A DNA stretch of 64,000 nucleotides. Origin: Rhizodiscina lignyota. Taxonomy: Eukaryota. The stretch spans positions 1 through 64,000 of the forward strand of contig ML978123.1 in assembly GCA_010015805.1 (NCBI GenBank), in the 5' to 3' direction. Of the stretch, positions 48,945-61,163 are shown piece after piece. The translations under genes were made by a program, and so were the position numbers. A model generated the notes under the pieces. That model was not told the DNA's origin and made no database searches. It saw only the letters and a program-made list of their open reading frames with translations. How positions within the stretch are numbered: position 1 is the first letter of the stretch; each line of letters starts with the position of its first letter.

Positions 48945-50121
48945 TCATACCACCCTCTTGAAAATGAAAAATGCTTCATCCTTCCCTGCAAAGCTCGGTA
49001 AGGGTATCTGCCATATTCTCTCATATTCCGGCCGCTCTCTTGCCATCCATTCAGCTATCGTCTCTCCCTTAAACGCTGTAAATCCATTCGTATTCTGCGT
49101 TCCTGCTACAATGATCGTATCGCCCTCATACGCTCTTATTACCTTCCCCGTAAAGTCTGCCGTGACTTGCGGATATACTAACAGCAAGACAGCGTTGTTT
49201 GCGCCTTTTCCAAGCTCCTTGTATGGACCAGGAGGGCTATGTAAGAAGGATATGCCATCGGCAATAATTGTATCCCCTATCCATGTCGTCCGCCAGAGCG
49301 ACGCTTCGTTATCAACCGCATGAACAGTGAGGCCTATCCTTCGAAGCAGATATGCCCAGTAACCGTTACCGCTCCCAACCTCAACGATTGACTTCGAAGC
49401 ATCGTTCTTGTTACTACCTCTGCATACCTGCTGTACCAACGAGAGCGCATCATACGTCGGACATACGCAACCAAAATGGTGGTACAGCACTGGCAAGATG
49501 TGATGTGACTGCTGAATCATTGCAGTACCGGGTGTTGGGCCCGTCCATTCCAAGCACTGGCAACTCCATATCCAATAATCGAGATATGGATTCTTGTGCG
49601 GTACTTTGAGCTTCGATGGTAAGGCAAGTTTCGAAGAAGTGGGAGGGAGATGTAGATTGGACTGGAGATGCTTTGCGACTTCAGCGCGGGTAGACTCTTT
49701 CTTCGCGTTCGCAGCAAACGCGGTAAGAGCTTTCGTGATCACTGTGGTGGACAGGAATATGTCTGTATACGCTTTGATGTCCGCTGAGGGCGGTGCGTCT
49801 CTCTGAACTTACTACTCAGCTTAGGATACTGTCTCGTGTTCAATTGAAGGTACACACCTTCTTTGCATCATCATACAAGTACCAAGCATGCATTCCATTG
49901 CTCGCTCCATGGTTGATTGCACTCTGGACCTGTGGTAGCGTCACGCTCGCAATTGCATGGTAGACGTAGTCATCGGTCGATTTGAGGTTGAAGGCGTCTA
50001 TGACGGCGGTTTGCAAATTGTTGCCCTGCGGAGCACGCTCGGAAGTCCATTCATCGAAGAATTTGTCTGGATCGAATGACGCAGAGCCGACCGTGTGAGG
50101 TTTCGTTCGTTTTGGCGGCAT
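48945..50121 (-). CDS. SAM-dependent methyltransferase-like protein; exons 50121-49858, 49802-48945
   Basis: Phase-0 intron 49857-49803 (GTGTGT...CAG). Motif-I-like IVEVGSGNGYWA, followed by VHAVDN, VLLLVYP and YEGDTIIVAG. Confidence 0.8.
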
Positions 50122-50487
50122 CCCAATAACAAATACGTCGTGAGTCTCTGTGCGATGACGTTCGAAGTTCGACCGACGATGGACGAATGTGGTGTAGCGC
50201 GGACAGATTCCGCGCCGCAATCCCGCCATCGCTAGTGCTTGGCAATCTTGGGAAGGCGATTGTCAGCGAATTCAGCGCTTACACATCGATTTGTTGTACG
50301 GAAGCTCTCTCTTTCCATCCCGTAGACCCAAAGGGTGATAAGAAAGTCAAATGGATGACAGTGACTTACGAGACGGCGTCAAATCGCGCGATAGAAGCTG
50401 CTTCAAATATCTAGAGGTTACTCTCCTTCATCTCCTTGTGTATATAAGACTCCAATTGATTCAATTGATCCGGTTCTTTCATTCTGA

Positions 50488-51489
50488 ATGACAACAACAG
50501 CATCATCAAAGCTAAACTCACAACCAGCAACAGCAACCAAGTACTTGAGCAAAGTAACAACAACAGCTGTACTTATCCTCATATTAGCCTTCATCCTGGC
50601 GTTCTTCAACCCAGTCCGAACAAACCTTCCCAAACTCTTCTCGAATCCTATCACAACTACAGTCCGCAAAATGTCGACATCTAACGCGGCCACACCTCAG
50701 ACGTTGAAGGTCACCAAGAGACCTTGGAACAAGCGCGGCCACGCCGATCATGGCTGGCTTTACACGTTCCACAGCTTCTCATTCGCATCCTACTTCAACC
50801 CCAAATACGAGTCCTACGGCCCTCTCCGCGTCATCAATGAAGACCGCGTAAAGAAGGGGACTGGCTTCGGCACACACTCGCACGCCGAGTTTCTCATCTG
50901 GTCATACATTGTCTCCGGCGAACTCGAACACAAAGACAGCATGGGCAATCTGGAGAACCTGAGGCGCGGAGAGGTGCAGTTCACAAGCGCCGGAACAGGC
51001 ATTCGACACTCGGAGTACAACCGCAATAAGCAAGAGGATGTACACTTCCTGCAGATCTGGGCGAAGCCGCATACACATGGTCTGAAGCCAACCTACATCA
51101 CGCGCAAGTTTACAGACGATATGAAGAAGGACAAGCTAGTGCGCATCATGGAGGCAGTTGAGAGGCATTCGGGCAAAAATGGAGAGACCGAGCCGATTCC
51201 GTTGCACGCAGACTTGAGCATGGATGCCACCATATTGAGCCCTGGAAAGACTGTTGAACATGAGCTGGTCGCGAACGGAGATCGCAAGGTGTACGTGCAT
51301 GTGGTCATGACTGGAAAGACACAGCCGGAGAAGGGCGGCGCGCAGATCAAGGTTGGAGATACTGTCCTTGGAGAAGGCGATGGTGCATTTGTTGATGGTG
51401 CCCGTGGCCCCGGAAAGGTCTCCATTGAGAACGTGGGAGATGTACCTGCAGAGTTCCTTGTCTTTGACTTGGGCGACGAGGATGCTTAG
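50488..51489 (+). CDS. Pirin-family cupin (YhhW/quercetinase-like)
   Basis: RGHADHGWL, HSFSFASY, LRVINED, GFGTHSH, LEHKDSMGN, AGTGIRHSEYN and LQIW. Alternative start at 50671. Confidence 0.93.
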   Translation: MTTTASSKLNSQPATATKYLSKVTTTAVLILILAFILAFFNPVRTNLPKLFSNPITTTVRKMSTSNAATPQTLKVTKRPWNKRGHADHGWLYTFHSFSFASYFNPKYESYGPLRVINEDRVKKGTGFGTHSHAEFLIWSYIVSGELEHKDSMGNLENLRRGEVQFTSAGTGIRHSEYNRNKQEDVHFLQIWAKPHTHGLKPTYITRKFTDDMKKDKLVRIMEAVERHSGKNGETEPIPLHADLSMDATILSPGKTVEHELVANGDRKVYVHVVMTGKTQPEKGGAQIKVGDTVLGEGDGAFVDGARGPGKVSIENVGDVPAEFLVFDLGDEDA

Positions 51490-53150
51490 ACGACTTGATG
51501 AATCTTATATAAGCAGGTTCACTGTTTGATGAGTTAGGACTCTTGTCCCCATATTCCTAGCCTGTAAATAACCTTTTCCAACAAATTAGAGTTTATCCTA
51601 CAAGACCTACGACCTCTATCACGTTACACAACTTATACAGGTTTCCAATGTTTTTCGTTCCTAATGGCGTCACAGGATATAGGGCAGATCATCGCTTTGA
51701 CTTTCCCATGTGCCGTTTGGTCACAATCCCTGATTGTCTGTGCTGTCACGTCTGGGGTGCATTATGTAACGGATTTGAACGCTGCTGTCGAAATTGGATA
51801 AGATCAGAAGAAAATCCGGGACATGTTTCGATCCCAGCTCATAACAGCGCTTGCAACGATGGCACAAAGTGCGGAGCTCAGCTGAGCGAAATATCATCGC
51901 CTTCGTGCTCATTTTAAAGCCACCTGCATATAGAATCTTGACCAGTGTCCTAGTACAGTGATTTGAGACGATGGTGGCCTCAGGCTACACACTGCTGTGC
52001 CGTCAAGTTGAAAAGAAACGACGCCTACGACAGCGAGTAGGAGATATAATTAGGAACAGAATGCAAGGCAGAGAAGCAGGTGAGAGGCACAGTGCCGGAA
52101 AGTGCATTAATTACTACTGAAAAGGCGGAGACTTGCGAGCATCTTTACAGCCTTGCAAAGCACACGACATAAGTTCCCGCCAATTCACGAGACGTCATTG
52201 GCAGGCCCGTCACATTGAGATCGACGCCCCCAAAAAAGCCGGGGAACAAAGCTTAGCAAGGCCGGAAAGGAGCAAGCATTGAGTACAAGTAGGGCTTACC
52301 GCTGCATGAGCTTGGCCATGTCTCGAATTCGAAAGCCTTCTTGCTGAGCCACAGCCACAAGAAAGACACCTGGGTACCTGCGGCAAGTGCTATGTCCAAA
52401 AACAAAGGATTCTGCTCTCACAAGCCACAAGCAATTCGACAAGCAGCGCGGCTGAGCCTCGATGGCAGAGCTTCTTCGTCTAGTTCCCGGACTGCCCAAT
52501 CGGCGGCGTCTAAGGTATGATGCGGATCTGGATCGGTGACGTACGGACCCCCGGACTTTTCTTCCACCCAGCATGCGATCGACTGCGCTCGAGCAACTCG
52601 CAAAGCCCCCCAATTCAACGTCTATGCCTCGAATGCGGATTAGTGCAGGAAAGGCTTATGCCAGAAGCGGACTGAGCAGCCACTGTAAGCTGGCACTATT
52701 CTCCCGAGAGATGAAACGTCTGCGCATGGGTCGGGCTGGACTGCCATGATGCAGCCGGCCAACAATTTCACGCCACCGACCTCTCTGACACGCAAGCACC
52801 CCGAACTGTGCCATTGTGTTCTCGCTCCTTGCCTTTGGGTCCAAGCTGTGCCGTGAAACAAGGCAGCATGGCGCGGGCATCATTACGTAGTTGTTAGCTG
52901 AGAGACAGGCACAGCATGGTACATCTGCCAGTATAAGAGCCTTTTCTTTCCTCCTCAGCCACTGGCCGTTGCTTCCTTCCGCTCATCGACCGAAATAGCG
53001 CCATTTAACTCAGCCTTGCGCCAGTCTTCGAATACTTATAGGGTGCCTGAGTACAAGCAGCCCTTCCTTCTTGCACAACTCAACCTCGAAACAAACAACT
53101 TCCATCAAACTCAACACCAACCTCACCTCTCAACAACCAACATCATCACC

Positions 53151-53696
53151 ATGCGTTTCTCCATCGTCTTCCTCTCGGCCCTCAGTGCCATCGCTGTCGC
53201 TCAGGACTCCACGTCCACCGACACTGCCTCTCTCTCTGCTGCCGTGTCTTCCCTCAGCAGCGCCGCCAGCAGTGCCGCCGCCAGCGCCACCAGCTCGCAG
53301 GGTGTTATCTCATCTGCCGTCTCCGAGGCCTCCAGCTTGGTCAACTCTGTGACGAGCGCCGGCTCCTCCGACCTCTCCAGTATCATCTCCAAGGCTTCCT
53401 CCGCGGAATCCTCGCTGGCTGCGCTCACCACTGGCTCCGCTGCCTCGAGCGCCAAGTCCGCTCTGAGCTCCCTCAGCTCCAGCCTCGCTTCTGCCGAGAG
53501 CTCTGCTAGAAGCTCTGTCAACTCCCGCGCCTCAAGCGCCGTCTCTAGCGCTGCCAGCACCGCCTCCGCCGCTGCCTCGTCCGCTGCTTCGTCTGCCGCT
53601 TCGTCCTCCTCTTCCGGCATTGCTGCCCCGACTCAGATCCCGATGGTCATGGGCGGTCTCGTCGGCGCTGGTCTCGCTGTCGTTGGTCTCTTGTAA
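53151..53696 (+). CDS. Ser/Ala-rich putative GPI-anchored cell-wall protein
   Basis: Signal peptide MRFSIVFLSALSAIAVAQ, low-complexity S/A/T body and C-terminal SG-IAAPT...GLVGAGLAVVGLL hydrophobic tail; CACCATG start context. Confidence 0.9.
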   Translation: MRFSIVFLSALSAIAVAQDSTSTDTASLSAAVSSLSSAASSAAASATSSQGVISSAVSEASSLVNSVTSAGSSDLSSIISKASSAESSLAALTTGSAASSAKSALSSLSSSLASAESSARSSVNSRASSAVSSAASTASAAASSAASSAASSSSSGIAAPTQIPMVMGGLVGAGLAVVGLL

Positions 53697-54397
53697 ATGA
53701 CCTTTAATCAACGATCACGACAACCGGATCTTCCAAACGGCAAACATGGAAATCAGTCTTGCATCTGGAAAGGGAAGCGGAGGTGTTTGGGAGGTTAAGG
53801 AATTGCGTTGACAATAATTCAAATGGTTGACGGCTCGGCGTCTCATGGTTCTACTTGCCTTCTGGTCTAATACTTATTACCCAAAACTAGTCACATAATG
53901 AACAATGGGACATAAATCTCTCCTGACTGCTCCTGCCAAGATATGACGTGAAAAGTGAAGGATGTGTGATTTTGATAGCACCTGGAAAGAGATGAGATCT
54001 TCTACTTGGGCCTTAAGAGTCAGCAATATTCCGTGCGAGAGTATTACTGCTGTATCGGAATGATTACGCTCAAGATTTGTGCTGCAAGAAGGGAGGACGA
54101 GGTTATCTTAACGTTAGTCTACATTCCAAATCCAAGAACGCCATCCGAGAATTGGCCGAAACAGCCAAGTGCTTGGAGTTGGCAGCTCGCAGGCAATCAA
54201 CATTTTCAACTCCTCAAATCCTTGAGATGATTTGTACCTTTGGTGAAATCACGTAAAAGAACATTCAGCCAGTATGCATTTGGAACATTTTGGGTGTTGG
54301 TGTTCCTGGTCCACTAACCATTCGCACTCTCCATAAGTTCCCTTCCTCTTTTCATCATTCGTCGTAGCGGTGCCTTTATCAGCTTTCTTTGGACATC

Positions 54398-55254
54398 ATG
54401 GACCACGCAGACACAGCATCTAATCCTCTAAATGCCTTCCGCATCTGTTGTCTGCCAGAAAACTTCTACTATGTCCCAAATTTTATTACGAGCGAGGAAG
54501 ACGCTTCTATTCTCCTTAAGGTACGCGCCACCGTGCGATTTCGTCTCCTTCAATGCATTCACCTCTCACGTCATGCGAAATCACGAGAATTAGCTACGAG
54601 TATCTAACGTAGAGTATCTAGTTACCTCCAAATCGATGGATATCGCTCTCCCACCGCCGCCTCCAAGTCCACCCTTCCCAACTTTCCTCCTCGAACACGT
54701 TGCTCGACGCGCCCCTCCCAGCATGGCTCACGACTACACCACCTATTCTTCAGCGATTCGAAGAACTAGGTGTCTTCGCAAATACTCCTCACGGCCAGCC
54801 AAATCACTGCCTGATAAACGAATACAATCCGGGTGAGGGGATCATGCCCCACGAGGATGGATCAGCATACGCACCCGTTGTGGCAACAGTGAGCCTGGGA
54901 GATAACATAGTGCTCGACATATACGACAAGAGGAAGGGGGAAAACGACGCCAATGATGATGAAAGCCCAGGAAATGGATTGCCGCCCATAGCGCGCATAT
55001 TCCAGGAGCCGGGCTCACTCCTTATCACCACTGGCGAAGCTTATACTTCTCTGTTGCACGGGATAAGCCCCATCACTGAAGACGTCGGCCTTGGCCCGGA
55101 TACGGTTGCGAATTGGGACTCGCTGAGTGAGGCGACGAGGAATAAGATTGTGGATGCTGGAGGGAAGAGTGTGCGAGGGACGCGGACGAGTCTGACGTAC
55201 AGAGATGTGCTGAAAGTGCGAAAGGTTGGGATCGGTATCGTTGGGAAGCGATGA
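54398..55254 (+). CDS. ALKBH6: AlkB-family 2OG-Fe(II) dioxygenase, ALKBH6-like; exons 54398-54520, 54622-55254
   Basis: YYVPNFITSEE, spliced to LPPNRWISLSHRRLQ; PNHCLINEYNPGEGIMPHEDG (HxD), LLHGI and RTSLTYR. Confidence 0.88.
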
Positions 55255-55983
55255 GATGTTGCAGTTGAATACCTTGGAGGTCATTAGTAGGCGACTCGGT
55301 TATTACAGCTTCTTCTCAGCTTGAGCATTCGTCATTGCTGTAGAACCAACATCTGGATGCTGGCAGATTGCACAGGAGGCATTTCTGAGGCCGACGAGAG
55401 GCTCTCATGGCTCAAGAGCGCGCTGAGAGACAAGCAGTCGACGTTATAAAGGAGATAGTTCGGCGAGTATACGCTTGGCTAGGATGACTCTGTATCTAAT
55501 AATCCTCTGAACCCTCGCGCTTCGCTGGAAGGCTCTCGACCGAGACTGAGCGTCGGCTTAAATTCCAGCATCCCAGCCAGCTGCATGCTGCTTTTCCAGA
55601 ATCCCTGCCCCGATCGCGCGTCGATGCCGAGCTTAAACCCCTTTGGGGCAAAGCGCGGCACTGCTCCGCAACCAATGATGGAATGTGGGGTTTGATTTCA
55701 CGGGCACCGACACCGGCATTCACGCTTAACCACGGCAAAGGAACGGTCGGTGCTTGAATTGCTCGCGAGGGCGACTCGTCGCCATCGTGACCATGACTGC
55801 TCTCTTGCCCTTCTCAATTCCTGTCACCTTGCTGGGGATATAAGATTGAGGGCTCTGCTCGTGGGTTGAGCTCCAGAGCATCAAGAAACTTCGAGAACAC
55901 ATTCAATTGAAAGATCCGAGTACAGCAAAGTAGGAATTGGCGCGTGAGAGCTGAGGCCGAGCTTCATTGACAGCTGGCACAGA

Positions 55984-58008
55984 ATGTACACAACGTCTTT
56001 TGCCTTCTTTGAGGCACTATGGGAGGCAGGAGTTTCTCATGTATTCGGTACAGCTCACTGAAACCGGGAATTGTAGGGCTAACATGCTAACACAATGCTA
56101 CAGTTAACCTTGGGAGCGATCATCCCTCGATTATCGAGGCAATGGTGAAGGGACAACATGAGCGACCAGATCGTTTCCCTAAGATAATAACGTGTCCAAA
56201 CGAGGTCAGTTTTCTGCTGGAGCACTCCAACATTCAAAATCTTGGTTCGAGCATTGTCCTCACAATTACCACAGATGGTAGCCTTGTCCATGGCTGATGG
56301 ATATGCTCGTTTCTCCGGCCAACCACAAGCGGTTATCGTACACGTCGACGTAGGAACACAAGGTCTCGGAGCCGCTGTCCACAACGCATCTTGCGGACGT
56401 GCTCCTGTGTTGATCTTTGCGGGCCTCTCGCCGTATACTATTGAAGGCGAAACGAGGGGCAGCAGGACAGAGTACATCCACTGGATACAGGATGTCCCAG
56501 ATCAGAAGCAGATAGTAGCGCAGTACTGCAGATATTCGGGTGAGATCAAGGATGGGAGGAATGTCAAGGTATGCTGCACAATGACCAACTCATACAGCTC
56601 ATACGCTCATACAGGACGTAGCAATTGGTCAATCGAGCTCTATCTTTCGCAACTAGCGATCCCCAGGGGCCAGTGTACCTCTGTGGCGCCCGAGAACCCA
56701 TGGAGCAGGAGATCAAGCCATATGCGCTCGATCAAGAGCACTGGAGCCCGGTTGGGCCAGCGGCATTGACTCAAACAGCTGTCAAGACGATTGCGGAAGC
56801 ATTGGTTCGAGCCGAGCAACCACTTGTTGTCACGGGATACAGCGGCAGGACGCACTCCACTGTTGGTGAGCTGGTCAAACTGGCAGACACCGTGAAGGGA
56901 TTGAGAGTACTGGATACTGGAGGCAGTGATATGTGCTTCCCTGCAGATCATCGGTAAGTCATTCGCAGCCCAGTCTAACATCCAAATATATGTTTGCTGA
57001 CAAGAGTGTAGCGCCTGGCTAGGTCTGCGCTATGGAGTGGAAGACGCTATCAAAAACGCAGATGTCATTCTCGTCGCCGACTGTGATGTCCCATGGATAA
57101 ATACGCAGTGCCACCCGAAGGAAGGTGCAAAGATCTACCACATTGACTCAGATCCACTTAAACAACAGATGCCCGTCTTCTACATCAAGGCCCTTGCTCG
57201 CTACAAGGTTAACAGTGGCACCGCCTTCCACCAGCTGCACACCTACATCAATTCCACTGATAGCCTGAGATCTGTCGTAAATAGCGAAGCTTTTCAGGAG
57301 AACTGGACGAAACTGGAGAAGTCCTATCACCAGCGCCTAGACCTGATCAAGAGCCAAGCCGTCGCTGGGAGCGACGGCACATTCGGACCATCCTACCTCA
57401 TCAACCGCCTCCGCCAAGCCTGTCCCCAAGACACAATCTGGTGTATCGAGGCCGTCACAAACACTGCCTTCGTCGCCGACCAGATCCAAGCCACGCTACC
57501 CGGCAGCTGGATTAATTGCGGCGGCGGTGGGCTTGGCTGGTCCGGCGGCGGCGCTCTGGGCGTTAAGCTCGCGACCGACAAGACCGGCGACCCTAAATTC
57601 GTGTGCCAGATCGTCGGCGACGGCACATACCTCTTCAGCGTGCCCGCGTCGGTGTACTGGATCAGCGAGCGCTACCACATCCCCATCCTGACCATTGTGC
57701 TGAACAACAAAGGCTGGAATGCACCACGGCGCTCGCTGCTGCTCGTGCATCCCGATGGCGCGGGCAGCAAGGTGAGCAATGAGGAGCTGAATATTAGCTT
57801 TGCGCCGACACCGGATTATGCGGGGATTGCGAGGGCGGCGAGCGGCGGGAAGATTTGGGCGGGCTGCACGGCTAAGGCGGGTGAGTTGGATGCGTTGCTG
57901 AAGGAGGCGGTTGAGGTGGTGAAGGGTGGGACGAGCGCGGTGTTGGAGGCTCAGCTTGAGGGGCCGCAGGGGAAGTTTGGTGGGGGAAGGGCGGTGCTTG
58001 TAGGTTGA
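55984..58008 (+). CDS. Thiamine-diphosphate-dependent enzyme (acetolactate synthase/benzoylformate decarboxylase-like); exons 55984-56047, 56104-56204, 56275-56568, 56622-56953, 57012-58008
   Basis: Four frame-consistent GT-AG introns. Motifs FVNLGSDHP, CPNE (catalytic Glu)-MVALSMADGYAR, HVDVGT, PQGPVYL, GGGLGW and TPP motif GDG...LNN. Confidence 0.92.
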
Positions 58009-58240
58009 AACCTGAAAGCGTGTAAAACTTGAAATTCGGTAAAAGATTGACCTTGGGTTGAAGTGCGGGGGGTTGCGTGCTATTAGATATAGAGAAGAAA
58101 ATAGCGACTATGAATTCGAACATTGGGACTGGTCTTGCGCAAATGGATTAGTGGACACTGTTAAGTATTCGAGCACCTACCATATCTTCATTCTTTCTCT
58201 TCCTCCAACACACCTTCGCCTCAAATTCAAAGGTTTCAAA

Positions 58241-58978
58241 ATGTCTGAATCATCAAACGCATCCAAAAAGTCGTCTCCACCCGAGTACATCAGCCCGAAT
58301 TGGGTGGCGGAATGTGTAGTGGAGCCAGAGGATGTCCGTCATGGCCCCTTGCTGTTTCCACCTCGAACACAGCTACCGTACATGATTCGAGGCATCGAGA
58401 TGTGGGAATCATGGACTGCGTCCAAAAATCCATCGACGGAATATAATGATACCGATTGGGAAGACATCGAAGAGGATATCGAGGCGGCGCCGTCGAGCGA
58501 TGAACAGAACCCAAAGGACCCGTGGGATATCTCAGCTCTTTCTGCGTCTCGGCTACCTCTGAGGCCTCGATGTCTAAAGTCGGGACCATCAAGCCCTTCC
58601 ACAAATTCCTCAACGCCCGAAAATATCGAAGCGGATTGGGAAGAAATCGATTACTCGCTGTTCCCAACAAGTAATGTGCACAGCCTATGGGAGGTGTGGG
58701 ATGCGGGCACTCCTCCACCACCACCTCCAACACGGCTATCATCCACGATGTCCAGGTCCTGGAATCATTCGTACAAACACAAAATACGCCAGGGTCTCGT
58801 CGCAGAGCTGAAGGAAGAACCGAATTTGTACGAGGCTCTGGCAGCATGGACGATCAGCAATTGCCTGGCATTTCGGGGCTCAAGACTCTTCATCTACAGG
58901 ATGCTGAAGATGTCCCGCCGCGGAAGAGGTTGCAGCTCAGTCGTAGAGAGTACGGAAAAATGTTGCCACGTCCGGTGA
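58241..58978 (+). CDS. Hypothetical protein, 3' end possibly frameshifted
   Basis: CAAAATGT start; acidic, Pro-rich ORF with two DWE(D/E)I motifs. Coding-like sequence continues in other frames to about 59167. Confidence 0.45.
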   Translation: MSESSNASKKSSPPEYISPNWVAECVVEPEDVRHGPLLFPPRTQLPYMIRGIEMWESWTASKNPSTEYNDTDWEDIEEDIEAAPSSDEQNPKDPWDISALSASRLPLRPRCLKSGPSSPSTNSSTPENIEADWEEIDYSLFPTSNVHSLWEVWDAGTPPPPPPTRLSSTMSRSWNHSYKHKIRQGLVAELKEEPNLYEALAAWTISNCLAFRGSRLFIYRMLKMSRRGRGCSSVVESTEKCCHVR

Positions 58979-61163
58979 AACGTCACAAAGAGGGTGTGCA
59001 GGAGATAGCACTGAAGATGGAAAATCGTGATAAGGACTGAAAGAAAAGCGCTGCAAGAAGAGCGCCGCAAACTTGCCATGTGCGATGAAAGCGGATTGCA
59101 TACTCCTTGGAGGTATTATTTGGCAGCAGAGGTACCACTGAGGCGGTTCCTGTTTGCTAGGCGTTGACGGGTAGATGCGCTTCTGTTCAAGCAGGGGAAA
59201 AGGCTGCTCAAAGTTTGCGAAATTAAAGGATCAATTTACTTGATTCCTGTATCTGGGTCTATACACTTCAAGTGCGGCTATTCGTCAGTACAAGTGGATT
59301 ACTATCCGCAACAGGGGATGCTCGCTCGTCTACGTGTGAGATTGTTACTCTCGTGCAAGTCCAATGTGACGGTGAGCATTTTAAATGCTTCCGCTCTGAT
59401 ATCGAGGTCCCAACTTGCCCTCTGAAAAATAGTAATCGACGAGGCCTAGGGAATCGAGCTTATCGCGGGGGTCACGTCCCAAATGGGCCAGATGTGCGAG
59501 TGGTGCAAAGGTTGCAGCTCTTTGGTGTCACTCGCTCTTCCTAGTTTCTCAAGGGCAGTAATTCTCAAATATGGGGTGTGAAGACATTCGATGGTTGAGA
59601 ATGTGAAATCGACGTGCTTGGAAAGGAAGGACGCGATACGGAAATGGAATTGCGTTGCGCGAGGCTTGCGAGCGACGAATGTGGCAAAACCTCGCTCCTC
59701 CGCATCGCAGGTCGAATTCATCATTCTCCGACTGCCTCATTTGTCGCTGGAACGTGCCGTGCTCAGATGCTCGGACGCTTTCGCGTGGTTCCGTGAGTGG
59801 TCTCGCAAGCGACGTCGATAAGGTATGCATGAAATGCCAGCCCCGTGCTTTTTACTTCTGTTGATGGAAACAAAACGAAGCAATCTTGCGACTTCTGAGG
59901 AAATGCAGATGGCTGATTGACATGGAGCCCTGGATGCCCTAGGTCGTGCTTTACTTTATACTGCAACGGGACGCACAAGGCTGGAGTTTCACAGCGTGGA
60001 GAACGGGCAAGTGTTCAGGGTTGCCCCGTCGGAAAGCAGGCACGCGTTCAAATCTCACCCGCCAAGGCGAGCCTGTTTGCACTTCCCATCTTCTTTACTG
60101 CCGGCGCCACTCAGGGCAACGCTCTCTGTGCCAGGGAAACAGGTCCTAGGCACTGTCTTAAGACCGTGAAGCTCATGGATAATCCAGTCAGGTGACTGTC
60201 TCATGTCGAATCTTCCCGCCAGCTTCCCTTTCGCGCTTAGTTGGCGGCGGTCCGCTTTCTGAGGAGCCTTCGAGCCCTAAAGTTCAAACTGGGAGCGGTA
60301 TTTCCCCCTTGTGCGATATGCTCATCGTCGTCCAATGAGCAGAGAGGAGCAGTAAGTAGGTATCTTGCGCATTTTTTTGCCTCTCGTCTCCAAGAGGCAG
60401 CTTCACCTTCAGGGCCCGCGATCCGCACGCGCGTGGAATCGTCGCAATGCGAGATAAGGGCCTGGCTACCTGACTGTTTCGATCAATTTCAAAATGCACG
60501 GTCTGCGAGTTGACGTCGAGCGGCTCAATGTCAACTCTCTCCATATCGCGGGGTTCGTGCTTGGATAACACCTCCTTCATTGGGCGTAGCGGAGAATCAC
60601 GCCCAGGTCCCATCAAGTCGTGTGCCACACCACACAGCAACAGCCGCAGGAGACGCCATCCGCAAAGCCATGCGCTCGCCGTTTGACTTTCTGTTCCTGG
60701 CATAGCCATGCGATAGCTGTGCTTCTCCCGTCACCAACCGTTCATCAGCAGAGCCTTGAGCCTCGGGCGACTAGCTATTCGCCAATCTCACAGCTCTTTC
60801 CGCTGCAGAGATGTGGAGGCTCAAGCTCGAGAGAGCACTTCAGGTAGGTGACAATGGCCATTTCGCCGTCCTCACGGAGATCTTCGCCATTCATGCAGCT
60901 CTACCGGCCTTGTCCGCTGCAAGCTCTAGGGTTTCCCTGTTGACCCGATGTCAATTGCATTGTTTGATTCGCTTCAAGGAAGATGAGCATTTGAAACTCC
61001 GTTGTTTCTCCTCGTCACAACATGCAGGTCGCGTGCAAGGAGCTATGCAGATCTATCTTGTTTCCTGAGAGCTTCCAGAAAATTTATAGTTCCCCGCCTC
61101 TCCTCAATTATCTCGTCATCTCTCATCTCAATTCCTCATCTGAGAGCAATTCTCTTCGTCGCA

